From NCBI GenBank assembly GCA_002269645.1, contig NIVC01001666.1, positions 189,829-253,828 of the forward strand: 64,000 nt of DNA. The letters are read 5' to 3'. The notes under the pieces were generated by a model, which did not search any database, had not been told where the DNA came from, and saw only the letters and a list, made by a program, of their open reading frames with translations. The stretch is from Macrostomum lignano (taxonomy: Eukaryota). Positions 25,176 to 38,022 of this stretch are shown piece by piece. Made by a program: the position numbers and the translations under genes. Positions within the stretch are counted from its first letter, which is position 1. Each line of letters opens with the position of its first letter.

Positions 25176-27890
25176 AAAAAAAAACGTTTAAACATTTTGA
25201 CAGAAAACGGTAAAACAAAGATGTTTATTCTATTTTTAACCCTGCATCTTTCTTCTCCATCAGTCGGATTAAACAAAAAAATACATAAGCGAAAGAAACA
25301 CAAGCTCAAAAGGAAAATGCTTCTCAAATCTCACGGAAAATTAATTTGCACACAATTTTTAGGGATCGCAAAGTAAAGCTCAAAGCCTAAAATATTGCCC
25401 AATTAATCCGTAATCTGCATGTCGTTTGTCATTTTGCAAACTTGTTTAAGTAGTTGGTCACTGGATAGTTACCTTTGTATTTTGGTGAAAGTCTTGGGAA
25501 ATATTTATAGTTCTATTGACAGTTTGTTGGCACCTCAATTTTCAGAATTAACAGAAAACCATTTTGATTCACTTCATTCCGGAAGTGCAGGAAGTTTGCC
25601 CCAACACGGGGTGGACCTTGCACGGGTGCTTTCAATTCTATCTCTCCCATGTCCCCTGGTCCACCACCATAGTTCACGTGACATTTGAGTTAATGGGTTG
25701 TAAAAAAACCCCACAACTTCTCCTGTTTGCGTAACCGGGCAGGGGGGGCCATAAACCTCTTTGATTTTTGCAACTGAGTTATCAGCGGTTTTTGCATGGC
25801 AACTCAATTTTTGCGAAGATAAAAATCACTTTGATTGCTGTGCTGGTGGTCCTTTTTGAGTTGTAAACTTTGAGACGCTATTCGAGTTTTATTAATGCTA
25901 TAAATCTGCTTCGGTACAAGATGCGGGCTTGCTCTTAAAGTTAACAAAGGCACACCGCCTGTTTGGCGTTGGGCATGTCTTTGTAAGATTTGACCTTTCA
26001 AAATTACTTCTTTAACCTTTCAACAAAGGTCAAAGTTGTTCAGCAGTGTTGTTTGAAGAGCAGAGGAATTTCGACTGACAAGGCCGCTTTGGCACGCAGG
26101 CATCAAATGTCGAATGAAATTTATTTGACAAAGACTATAATTTACGGTCTTTATTACGGGTCCTGTCGGGTCCTGTCGGGTCCTGTCGGGTCCTGTCGGG
26201 TTCCTGTCGGGTTCCTGTCGGGTCCTGTCGGGTCCTGTCGGGTCCTGTCGGGTCCTGTCGGGTCCTGTCGGGTCCTGTCGGGTCCTGTCGGGTCCTGTCG
26301 GGTCCTGTCGGGTCCTGTCGGGTCCTGTCGGGTCCTGTCGGGTCCTGTCGGGTCCTGTTGGGTCCTGTCGGGTCCTGTCGGGTCCTGTCGGGTCCTGTCG
26401 GGTCCTGTCGGGTCCTGTCGGGTCCTGTCGGGTCCTGTCGGGTCCTGTCGGGTCCTGTCGGGTCCTGTCGGGTCCTGTCGGGTCCTGTCGGGTCCTGTCG
26501 GGTCCTGTCGGGTCCTGTCGGGTCCTGTCGGGTCCTGTCGGGTCCTGTCGGGTCCTGTCGGGTCCTGTCGGGTCCTGTCGGGTCCTGTCGGGTCCTGTCG
26601 GGTCCTGTCGGGTCCTGTCGGGTCCTGTCGGGTCCTGTCGGGTCCTGTCGGGTCCTGTCGGGTCCTGTCGGGTCCTGTTGGGCCCTGTTGGGTCCTGTCG
26701 GGTTCCTGTCTGTCTCGTGGTCGCAAAGAAGCTATCCTATTTCAGCATTTCTGCAGTCAGGTTTTGTGGTCAGTTTTACAATTCCTTTTTAAATGGTGAT
26801 TTAAATTAGAATATAGAAATTCCGTTACAATGGAAGCTGACAGCGCTTTGATTGTCTGCATTAGAAGTTAACTGCAGGCCCTTGCAACCCTTGATGACAG
26901 ATATTTCCAGGTCCGGTTCAACACCGATTCCCCTTGCTTCCAAATCGGGAATCCGTTTCTAATTGCAATCGAATTTCGCACAACTGAGGCCGCGGGGCAG
27001 CGCAAATTTTGTTTTTGCTGCACACGAAGTGCGGCATGCATCGTTTAAGATTAACAAATTGATAATGCTATAATTTCATGCTTATCATCAGGGCTTTGAC
27101 AACTCGCTGTATAGATTAATAATTGCAGATGATTTGGTGTGACGCGAGAATCAACCCATGGCAGATCACTTCCTGGCTATCTGGTGTGATAATCCGCCTC
27201 TTAGTTTATGCAAGAAAGTTTTAATTAGTAAATCGATATTAAATTTAGCGGCTCCTGCTTGGCAACAACGCGGCAGTGAAAGCTATAGTTTTTCACACGG
27301 CACTGCAGCTTCATTGTAAACAGATAAGGCATCAAAATCTGCGAGATGCAATCAGACCAATTTCCTGTCTAGACTAGCAACTATCAAGAGTTGCATTCGG
27401 GCCTGTTAGGGCCTGTATTGGTAATTGGTAATTCGTTTACAAGCTTTACCAGCGATAACATTTGACGCAAACGACGCGGATGTTGAAGCTTAATTAATTG
27501 GACCAGGAACCTGCATCTTCGACGAGAAGACGCAACCCACGGAACCGGCAAACAAGGAAGCTTCACTGCTTCAGTCATACGAGTAAAAGGTACATTTCTT
27601 ATTATTAATGCATCCATCATTTAAGTGGTTTAAAAAACGAATAAAAATTTGACATAAAATGGTTAAACAAAGATGTTACTTGTTTTTTAACGTGTCTTTC
27701 TTCTCCATCAGTTGGATTAAACAAAAAATGCATAAGCGAAATAAACTCAAACACAAAAGGAAAATGCTTTTCAATCCTCATGGAAAAAACTAAGTTGCAC
27801 ACCATTTTTTGGGGGAGGGGTCGCAAAGTAATGCTCAAAGAGAAAGCATATTGCCCAATTAATCCGTTTTAATTGCACATCATTTGTCGT
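25176..27890 (+). repeat. Two diverged ~270-bp direct copies of a dispersed element (25176-25440 and 27620-27890)
   Basis: Shared blocks aacaaagatgtt, tctttcttctccatcagt.ggattaaacaaaaaa, aaaaggaaaatgctt and atattgcccaattaatccgt in the same order. Confidence 0.75.
26157..26708. repeat. 10-bp tandem repeat (gggtcctgtc)n
   Basis: About 55 near-perfect copies. Confidence 0.95.
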
Positions 27891-30139
27891 CTGCTTCAGT
27901 CATAGCAGGGTTCGTATTGGAAACCAATTGCCATTGCATTTCGATGAGAATAACTTCAACTGAAGCTTCGTGAACTTTCATTGTTCTTTTTACTTTTTCT
28001 GCTTCGGTTCTGTCCACAGAGATACAAGTATTCCAGTCAAGCAGGGAATAAATTAGATTCCTATAGAGTATTGTGGAGAATAAAGCAAATATTGACATCG
28101 CAAGGATGGTTATCTTCTGTTAATCAGAAAAACTTCGAACAAGCCACCGTTTACAGTGGAACTTTGATTTCATTGTCTTTAACCAGGTTTTAACACCGAG
28201 GCAGGCACTAATCATACGAGTACGAGACAAGGATCTGTAAGGAAAATTATCATAAAATTATTATTTGTAAAATAGATTACCGAGCTTATAATTCAAGTTC
28301 TCTTCTATTCAAATTGATTGTTTCACGTATTAACCTTGCTTAATACTTTTTGTGCATCGGCCATCGGGCAACGCAGACATGTGCGCATACTATTTAATTT
28401 CGGTTGTATAATTTCATTCATTTTGCTTTTTTTGCACACTTCTCTTTGTGCGTTATTACTATTACTATCAGCCAGTCAGCCACAATTGCTTCTCTCTCCG
28501 GAGCCCAGACTGTTGTTTTGCGAGGCCGGCCCTTCTTTCCCTTAGACTGCCATGCCAGTCCCTCGGGCTGGCCCTGGGGGCTGTGTCCTCATGAGGTCAA
28601 ACCCACCCGCCCCCCTGTCCCCCTATTGCATGACGAAAGCACTTGCCCTGTTGGGGGTCCGCCCGACCAACCAAGCTCCTTTCCTTCCCTTGCACTCGCG
28701 TCATCTCTCTCTCCCCTCCCTCCGCCCCGGCCTCACACTCTCGGGCTATTGCGTCTGTAGTCAAAATGCGTTGCGTGTTGAACAGGGGGGTTGGGGGCCG
28801 CTGGCGCCACCCCTTCGTCGGTCCCAGCGTACAGAGAATCTATTGGTTGCATAATTCTTGTGCAATAAGGGGGGCTGCGTCGGAGAAGTGCTTTTTATAG
28901 CAGACACCCTCTCCTTCCTGCCTTTAACTGGACCAGTTCCCCTGACAGTGTGCGGGAAGGGGGGTTTGACTAGAGGTGGGGGCTTCGTGCGGGCTTGGGG
29001 TGGACAACATTAGAACCCACCACCCCCTCCGCGCTCCAATCTAGCTTTGCCCTTATCACACAACCAATGTACATTGAAACTTAGAGGAGTGGGGGTTGAA
29101 ATTGCGCTCGCGGGGGGCAGGAGGGAAGAGAAGTGTTGGAGAGAGAGAAGCCGGGCTTGTCCTGATCTGACAGGGCCTCGTGCGGACCTGGCGTTACCCC
29201 TCCGCTCCATTTTACTATACGACACAACCCAACGCACACAGTGCCTTCTCGCTCTTTCTGCCTCTCTCTCTGGCCCCCTCCGTGCCAATTGCTTTGAAGG
29301 CTTCTCCTTTCTCCAAACCTCAACCCCCTCCGCATACCTTCTCCACCCGCAGTTTTAACTCTTAAATAATATAGGCCCCTGTTAACGCAACACAGACCAG
29401 AGAGACTTAGTAACGGCAAGGAGAAAAGTAGAAGGTAATATTCATTACTCTCCTTGCCTGTAGTTAGTTTAGTCTCAATTGAAATAATAATTGAGCAAGC
29501 ATGTTAAAATAGCGTGCATTTTAGATTTTTTTGCCATTATTCTTATAATAAAACGATTTTTAACAAATAAATCTAGTCTCTAGCTAGTCTCTTATTACTT
29601 ATATAAATCAATCGGATTAGACAAAATATACTAATACCAGTTCCCTAAGTCTTCATTCTGTCTGCATGCACAAACGACGCCTGCCCATTATTCAATTCGT
29701 GCAACAAGCCGACCCCAAAGGAGTTGCAACGCCGTGAGTTATTAATATTATTTTTGTTTAAATATATTTTTTACTTCTGTAAGTTTTTATAGATTTTCAC
29801 AAGTTAGCTAAACGCCGTTCGATTCCGATTCTGACCGCAAGCTCCCCCACCCAATTCCCCAGTAGAAAAGTACACCCAAAGGCATGCATGTGCATCGCTG
29901 TGCAATGTGCAGTGCAGTCTCCCCGGGACCAGCTGATTGCTCGAACTGATTGTTCAGGCGGGTAGGAGAGAGGGGAGGAGAGTCTGGGCAAGGGAGCAAT
30001 TGATGAGGACTCGACCTTACTCTCTAGGCTCTGCTGTGCTGCCCTAATATTATGCCAACCATATCCCTCCCTCCCCAACCTTACTTCGAATTCAAATACC
30101 TACCACAGAACTCATGAGCATTGCATTTTTGTACATGTA

Positions 30140-31140
30140 TGACAGGACAATGACCGATCTAATGACCAGAATATGGCAGGGCAATGATCGATTTAATGAC
30201 CAGAATGTAGCAGGGCAGTGACCGATCTAATGACCAGAATCTGGCAATGACCGATTTAATTACCAGAATGTGGTAGGGCAATGACCGATTTAATAACCAG
30301 AATGTGGCAGGGCAGTGACCGATCTAATAACCAGAATGTGGCAGGGCAATGACCGATCTAATAACCAGAATGTGACAGGGCAATGACCGATCTAATAACC
30401 AGAATGTGACAGGGCAATGCCAATGACCGATCTAATGACCAGAATGTGACAGGGCAATGACCGATCTAATGACCAGAATCTGGCAATGACCGATTTAATT
30501 ACCAGAATGTGGTAGGGCAATGACCGATTTAATAACCAGAATGTGACAGGGCAATGACCGATTTAATTACCAGAATGTGACAGGGCAATGACCGATCTAA
30601 TAACCAGAATGTGACAGGGCAATGACCGATCTAATAACCAGAATGTGGCAGACAATGACCGATCTAATGACCAGGATGTGGCAGGGCAGTGACCGATCTA
30701 ATGACCAGAATGTGGCAGGGCAGTGACCGATCTAATAACCAGAATGTGGCAGGGCAGTGACCGATCTAATAACCAGAATGTGGCAGGGCAATGACCGATC
30801 TAATAACCAGAATGTGACAGGGCAATGACCGATCTAATAACCAGAATGTGACAGGGCAATGCCAATGACCGATCTAATGACCAGAATGTGACAGGGCAAT
30901 GACCGATCTAATTACCAGAATGTGGCAGGGCAATGACCGATCTAATGACCAGAATGTGGCAGGGCAGTGACCGATCTAATGACCAGAATGTGGCAGGGCA
31001 ATGACCGATCTAATAACCAGAATGTGGCAGGGCAATGACCGATCTAATGACCAGAATGTGACAGGGCAATGACCGATCTAATGACCAGAATGTGGCAGGG
31101 CAATGACCGATCTAATGACCAGAATGTGGCAGGGCAGGGC
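30140..31140. repeat. 34-bp minisatellite (gaccgatctaatgaccagaatgtggcagggcaat)
   Basis: Tandem copies with variants. Confidence 0.9.
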
Positions 31141-31379
31141 AGGGTATTGCTGAAGAAAATATGCATGCACCAAAAATGTAACTCATTTCAAACCAAGGAT
31201 AAGTTCCCTGGCTAGCCCTGCCTCCCTGGTCTTCTCTACCCACTCACTTGTTTGTACCCCGTGGGACTGCAAAAACCAGGAGCCTGGGTGCCTGTGCATC
31301 TCGATCTTGACTCAAAATATCCTTCAGTTTGCATCTCTGACTGACGGTCTGCCTGCGACTGCACTGCGAGAACAGTTAA

Positions 31380-31790
31380 TAGAAGCGGTGGACGTTCAGG
31401 ATAGTAGCGGTGGACATTCGGGATAGAAGCGGTGGACATTCGGGATAGCAGCGGTAAACATTAGGGGTAGCAGCGGTGGACATTAGGGATAGAAGCGGTG
31501 GAAATTCGGGATGGAATCGATGGACATTGGGGATAGAATTGGTGTACATTAGGGATAGAAGCGGTGGACATTCGGGATGGAATCGGTGGACATTCGGGAT
31601 GGAATCGGTGGACATTCGGGATGGAATCGGTGGACATTCGGGATAGAAGCGGTGGACATTGGGGACAAAATTGGTGGACATTCGGGATGGAATCGGTGGA
31701 CATTCGGGATGGAATCGGGTGGACATTCAGATGGAATCGGTGGACATTCGGGATGGAATCGGTGGACATTCGGGATAGAAGCGGTGGACC
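31380..31790. repeat. ~22-bp minisatellite (ggtggacattcgggatggaatc)
   Basis: Tandem copies. Confidence 0.9.
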
Positions 31791-32119
31791 CTCCCTACAA
31801 TGTGTTAATTGAGGCTGTGAATTCGCTCAAAATTACCCTTCCTAAATCGCCCAACCGCCTACCCGCTAAACCCGCTAGCGCACGCTACCCCACACGAACA
31901 AACAGGCCCCCACAGATCTGCCCAGCCTCTCAGATCCCCCCAGCAACTAGATGGAAAGAAAAGAAGTCTTCCCCTTGCTTCAAGATGCGGCAACTCGAAC
32001 TGAACTGTACTTGCAATTTGTGCAAATTGAGGTCTCTCTCTCTCCCTCCCCCAGTCCGGCACTGGTCTGCTCAATCAAACTCGAGTGCGCCTCTGAAATT
32101 TGCTGATCCCACCAAATAG

Positions 32120-32383
32120 TTATATAAGAGCAAAAACGAAACTCATTTTCGAACTTCGCTTCTCCTTTCTCTAGTCTTCGTGTTTTTTTTTTGGAAAAAA
32201 GTAGATTCATTCCTAACTCCTAAAGCTGAGTACAGCAGCCTTCTCCCACCATCCTGCCTCAGTTGGCGACCGCCCGCTCCCTCCATCATTTCTCTTCCCC
32301 GTCCCAGCGCGACCCGGCTTGACCCCCGAGCTGACGGCACCCGCCCAGCAACTGTCTGCATCAGCTCAAAGCTCAAAGTAAGT
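32120..32383 (+). promoter_or_regulatory. Candidate core promoter and non-coding first exon of the bZIP gene
   Basis: TATATAAG at 32121, Inr-like TCATTT at 32143, an ATG-free pyrimidine-rich leader, and a perfect GTAAGT donor at 32378. Motif-only inference. Confidence 0.35.
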
Positions 32384-32750
32384 TATATAAGGCAAAGCTG
32401 CTGAACATATTTACAAGTAAATATAAATTGTGCAATAGTTGCCAGGAGAATTTGAAATCTCTTTTCCTTCCACTCTCTGTGCTTGTCTGCTGAGTGCTTG
32501 TTGGCTCAGCTGGATTGCGTAATCCACCCCAGGGCTGACCGGGACTCCTGTAGCCCGCCTTTCTTTACCCCTCTGTCACTGCTGACCTGACCTCTGTTGA
32601 CCTCTAAGTTTGATAGTTGCAGTCTTATTTATTAGGCTTTTGTTTATTTTGACAAAACATTGTCTTGAACTCGAAGCTTTGGGAACTGTAGCAAATCGAA
32701 TAAAAAGTTTGTTTTCATTTCTATTTCTATAACTAAAATTTCCGGAAACC

Positions 32751-33654
32751 ATGTCATTCACAGCCAGTATCTCATGCTATTCACAGCCAGTATCTCATGC
32801 TATTCACAGCCAGTATCCCATGCCATTCACAGCCAGTATCTCATGCCATTCACAGCCAGTATCCCATGCCATTCACAGCCAGTATCCCATGCCATTCACA
32901 GTCAGTATCTCATGCTATTCACAGCCAGTATCTCATGCCATTCACAGCCAGTATCCCATGCCATTCACAGCCAGTATCCCATGCCATTGACAGCCAGTAT
33001 CCCATGCCATTCACAGCCAGTATCCCATGCCATTCACAGCCAGTATCTCATGCCATTCACAGCCAGTATCCCATGCCATTCACAGCCAGTATCCCATGCC
33101 ATTCACAGTCAGTATCTCATGCTATTCACAGCCAGTATCTCATGCCATTCACAGCCAGTATCCCATGCCATTCACAGCCAGTATCCCATGCCATTGACAG
33201 CCAGTATCCCATGCCATTCACAGCCAGTATCCCATGCCATTCACAGCCAGTATCCCATGCCATTCACAGCCAGTATCCCATGCCATTGACAGCCAGTATC
33301 CCATGCCATTCACAGCCAGTATCCCATGCCATTCACAGCCAGTATCCCATGCCATTCACAGCCAGTATCCCATGCCATTCACAGCTAGTATCCCATGCCA
33401 TTCACAGACAGTATCCCATGCCATTCACAGCCAGTATCTCATGCCATTCACAGCCAGTATCCCATGCCATTCACAGCCAGTATCCCATGCCATTGACAGC
33501 CAGTATCCCATGCCATTCACAGCCAGTATCCCATGCCATTCACAGCCAGTATCCCATGCCATTCACAGCCAGTATCCCATGCCATTCACAGCTAGTATCC
33601 CATGCCATTCACAGCCAGTATTCATGTCATTCACAGCCAGTATCCCATGCACAG
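32751..33654. repeat. 23-bp minisatellite (ttcacagccagtatcccatgcca) abutting the first bZIP coding exon
   Basis: The array starts exactly at an ATG (32751) and ends at cacAG (33654). Confidence 0.9.
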
Positions 33655-36600
33655 CCTCGCAAATCCCACAAAAAACCCGCAGCGACTCGCAGCTCTCCAA
33701 CTCGCTGGCCGATGCCGCACGAGCCACGCCGCCAGCGGCAGCCGCAGCGGCCAAATTAGAGAAGCTGCGTCAATCCGCCGGCGCCGACTCGCTGACAGCG
33801 GACGGCGTCGGACTCGACAGCGAAGAGGAATCGGCCGCCGACTGCGGTGACTTGGGCTTCAGCGTCAAGGAGGAGGCAGCTGAGGACGCCTCTGTTGGAC
33901 AACTTGGCGGCGTCTCAGCGGCGTCAGCCGCAACTGCCGGCGGCATGTCCAGCGGCGACGACGACAGTCTGACCTCCGGCGGCGGGCCGCCGCCAGCAAA
34001 AAAAGCCAAAAGTGGCGGCGGCGGAGCGTCAGCATTGAAGAAGGACGAGAAATACTGGGAGAGGCGGCGCAAGAATAACGAGGCGGCGAAGAGGAGCAGA
34101 GAGAAACGAAGGCTGAACGATGTTGCCATGGAGATGCGGATTCAGGAGCTCACAGAGGTGAGTGAGATGACGCTAGAATTCAGAGAGGCTGGCATTGATG
34201 CTAAATATTACTAAGAATTGCTTGACTTATGACTGTCACCCTAGAGTTACCTGAGATAAACCTGAGAGCAGTCCTTGAGATGTGAGATCGACCTGAGAAC
34301 AGCTCTCTGAGAACAGCCCCCTGAGAACAGCTCTCTGAGAACAGCCCCCTGAGAACAGCCCATGAGAACAGCTCCCTGAGAACAGCCCATGAGAACAGCT
34401 AATGAGAACAGCTCCCTGAGAACAGCTCCATGAGAACAGCTCCCTGAGAACAGCCCATGAGAACAGCCCCTGAGAACAGCTCCCTGAGAACAGCTCCCTG
34501 TAAACAGCTCCATGAGAACAGCTCCCTGTAAACAGCTCCATGAGAACAGCTCCCTGTAAACAGCTCCATGAGAACAGCTCCCTGAGGACAGCCCATGAGA
34601 ACAGCCCCTGAGAACAGCTCCCTGTAAACAGCTCCATGAGAACAGCTCCCTGTAAACAGCTCCATGAGAACAGCTCCCTGTAAACAGCTCCATGAGAACA
34701 GCTCCCTGAGGACAGCCCATGAGAACAGCCCCTGAGAACAGCTCCCTGAGAACAGCTCCCTGTAAACAGCTCCATGAGTACAGCTCCCTGTAAACAGCTC
34801 CATGAGAACAGCTCCCTGAGGACAGCCCATGAGAACAGCCCCTGAGAACAGCTCCATGAGAACAGCTCCCTGTAAACAGCTCCATGAGAACAGCTCCCTG
34901 TAAACAGCCCATGAGAACAGCTCCATGAGAACAGCTCCCTGTAAACAGCCCATGAGAACAGCCCATGAGAACAGCTCCCTGTAAACAGCCCATGAGAACA
35001 GCTCAATGAGAACAGCTCCCTGTAAACAGCCCATGAAAACAGCCCATGAGAACAGCTCCCTGTAAACAGCCCATGAGAACAGCCCATGAGAACAGTTCCC
35101 TGCAAACAGCCCATTAGAACAGCTCCCTGTAAACAGCCCATGAGAACAGCTCATGAGAACAGCTCCCTGTAAACAGCCCATGAGAACAGCCCATGAGAAC
35201 AGCTCCCTGTAAACATCCCATGAAAACAGCCCATGAGAACAGCCCATGAGAACAGCTCCCTGTAAACAGCCCATGAGAACAGCTCCCTGAGAACAGTTCC
35301 ATGAGAACAGCTCCCTGAGAACAGCTCCATGAGAACAGCTCCATAAGAACCAAAGCTCACACGCCAGTCGCCCACATCACGCAGGAGAACGCCAAGCTCA
35401 AGGTGGAGCTCACCGCCATTAAAAAGCGATTTGGACTGCCAACAAATTCCTCCGACGACGCCGCGGACGCCGCCGCCGACACCGCCACCACGAAGCCCGA
35501 GTCGAAGCCGGCATCGTCAGCGACCTCGCCGACTCCGGCAGCCGAGGTGCAGTGTCAGTCACCGCTGGTGCAGCCGCAGGCTTCAAACTCATCAGCTGAC
35601 GCCACCGCAGCTGCCGCCTCAGCCCCCCAACCGTCTCGACTAACCGCGATGAAAGTCGGAGAAGCGCCCGCATCCTCAGCCGCCGCCACCGCCGCTGTTG
35701 TCGCATCTTCGGCGACCGCCCTTGCCGCAGCGCCTCCAGTTGTGAACTCCTCACCGGCGGCCACCTTCGGCCTGGTGGCGCCAGGCCAGATCGGCGGCCT
35801 GTTCAACTTCAACCTGCTGGCCAACTATGCGGCCGCTGCGCCACAGAGCCTCGCCTCCTGCGGCCTCACGCTGAAGCCCACGGCCGTCATGGCGCCGACC
35901 ATCCTGGCGCCCGCCTCCGCTGCAGCCGCCACGTCGCTTACAGCGCCACCAGCGAATCACCTCGCCGACCAGGCCGAGCCGCTGGACCTGACCCTGTGCC
36001 AAGGACCGCTGCAGATTGCCGGTGAGGATTCCCGGACCTTAGGGATTTCAACTGGAATTTCAATCTGAAGCTTTGTACCTTTCTAGGGTTCAGGTTAGCC
36101 CCCCCCCCAGATCCTCAGCTCTCTCAGCCAGCCTACCAAATCCCCAGTTGCTGGGCCAGACTCCCAGAGTGTCTGATCCTCAGTTGCTGGACCAGCCTCC
36201 CAGAGTGTCAGTTGCTGGGCCAGCCTCCCAGATCCCCAGTTGCTGGGCCAGCCTCCCAGATTGTCAGTTGCTGGGCCAGACTCCCAGATCCTCAGTTGCT
36301 GGGCCAGCCTCCCAGATCCCCAGTTGCTGGGCCAGCCTCCCAGAGTGTCAGTTGCTGGGCCAGACTCCCAGATCCTCAGTTGCTGGGCCAGCCTCCCAGA
36401 TCCCCAGTTGCTGGGCCAGCCTCCCAGAGTGTCAGTTGCTGGGCCAGACTCCCAGATCCTCAGTTGCTGGGCCAGCCTCCCAGATCCTCAGTTGCTGGGC
36501 CAGCCTCCCAGAGTGTCAGTTGCTGGGCCAGACTCCCAGATCCTCAGTTGCTGGGCCAGACTCCCAGATCCTCAGTTGCTGGGCCCAGCCTCCCAGATCC

Positions 36601-38022
36601 CCAGCAGCTGGGCCAGCCTCCCAGATCCTCAGTTCTGGGAAACCGCTCTCCCAATCTCACCTTTCCGAACGCAATAAACGCATCAAAGCAGCGCCATAGA
36701 ACTCGGAAAGCCACCAAAGTCGTCAGCTTTGAAAAGATTTTTGCCTTAGAAAACAAAAAAATGCGCAGCTAGGCGCTTATTCTGTACTTGGCATGCACCG
36801 AGGCAATTGTGCATTGGAAAGGTGCTACCGGGCTGCCAATGGCACCGCATGTCATTCAAATAGGCTTTGTAATTGATCAATAAGACCAACCAATCGATCT
36901 CTGCGCGTTTGGAATTTGCGTCTGGGCACTGCGCACTTTGTCTGTACATGTACGGGTGCACATGCAGACTGTCTCAGTGCCTCATGTACAGATTCTGCAT
37001 TCACTCTCTTGCCTCTCCCTCCCTTCGTATCTTCCACTCTTCTTCCTGACTCTCCCTGTCTTCTCCCTGACTCTCCCTCCCTGTCTTCTCCCTGACTCTC
37101 CCTCCCTATCTTCTCCCTGACTCTCCCTCTCTGTCTTCTCCCTGACTCTCCCTCTCTGTCTTCTCCCTGACTCTCCCTCCCTGTCTTCTTCCTGACTCTC
37201 CCTCTCTGTCTTCTTCCTGACTCTCCCTCTCGGTCTTCTACCTGACTCTCCCTCTCTGTCTTCTCCCTGACTCTCCCTCCCTGTCTTCTCCCTGACTCTC
37301 CCTCCCTGTCTTCTTCCTGACTCCCCTCCGTCTTCTCCCTGAATCTCCAACTCTTTTCTAAGCTACTGGCACTAAATCCCTAATCTATTCTCCCCGTCTA
37401 AAGCAGTTCGTTCTACTCAGCTCCTAATTGTCTCCATCACCTCCCCATCTCTACCGCCGCCTCCCTTAAACAAATCGCATGCCCGTCAATTGGGATTTCA
37501 GCGGCAGCCGCGATGCGTCGGCACCAGCTTCATCAGCATCTGCACCACCTGCAGCAGCACTGCTTGCAGCAGCAGCAGCTGCGGAGCCAGCCCAGCCGCC
37601 GTGGCAACGGCCTTGACGACCCAACCGGCGGCGGCGATGGCCTCGCGGTCAGCCGGCCGGGCCTCCGCATCGTCCCGGACGAGCAGCCCTCGCTGGCGCT
37701 GCCGCACTCCGTTGAGGAGCCCGACGATGAAGACGACGCAGAAGCTGAGGCCCAGCATCCGGCAGCAGATGCAGTGGAGACCGAAGAAGCCGCCGCAGCC
37801 CCCGATCGGAGCTGCCGAGCGTCGCACCGGAAGCGGAACCGGCCGCAGTTGCAGCTGCGGGAACCGGCGGACGGCACCGGAAGCAGCCGATTGGAGGCTG
37901 AGAACCGGATGATGCGGCAGGAGCTGACCCGGGTGAGCTCCGAGGTGCAGGAGTTGCGCAATCGGTTCCTCGCCGGCGGCAGCGGCAGCGCCAATTCGAT
38001 TGTCAAAACCGAGTCCAGGTGA
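33655..38022 (+). CDS. NFIL3: NFIL3/E4BP4/vrille-type bZIP transcription factor (start codon unresolved)
   Basis: Exons 33655-34157, 35385-36021 and 37502-38022 with GT-AG boundaries and matching phases 0 and 1. The basic region KKDEKYWERRRKNNEAAKRSREKRRLND plus the spliced zipper MEMRIQELTE|ENAKLKVELTAIKKRFGL is characteristic of the NFIL3/vrille subfamily. The last exon is less certain than the bZIP exons. Confidence 0.85.
34294..35348. repeat. 14-bp-based minisatellite (gagaacagctccct/gtaaacagctccat) in the intron splitting the leucine zipper
   Basis: Tandem copies with a diverged left edge. Confidence 0.9.
36108..36635. repeat. 28-bp minisatellite, copy B (same unit as 14678-15003)
   Basis: gccagcctcccagatcctcagttgctgg tandem copies. 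Confidence 0.9.
37010..37345. repeat. CT-rich ~29-bp tandem repeat (ctgactctccctctctgtcttctcc)
   Basis: Tandem copies in the last bZIP intron. Confidence 0.85.

Noticed and set aside
25990-26799. ORFs GPVGSCRVLS / TRQDPTGPDR; likewise the ORFs at 31376-32119, 32751-33759, 34236-35375, 36073-36772, 38710-39186, 42071-43443, 43633-44472 and 49643-50271
   Set aside because: Periodic translations of minisatellites lying in introns or intergenic DNA.
28770-29391. Solo LTR or MITE (TG start, TGGCGCC PBS-like motif, weak inverted ends)
   Set aside because: The inverted match is short and gapped, and there is no TSD or second LTR.
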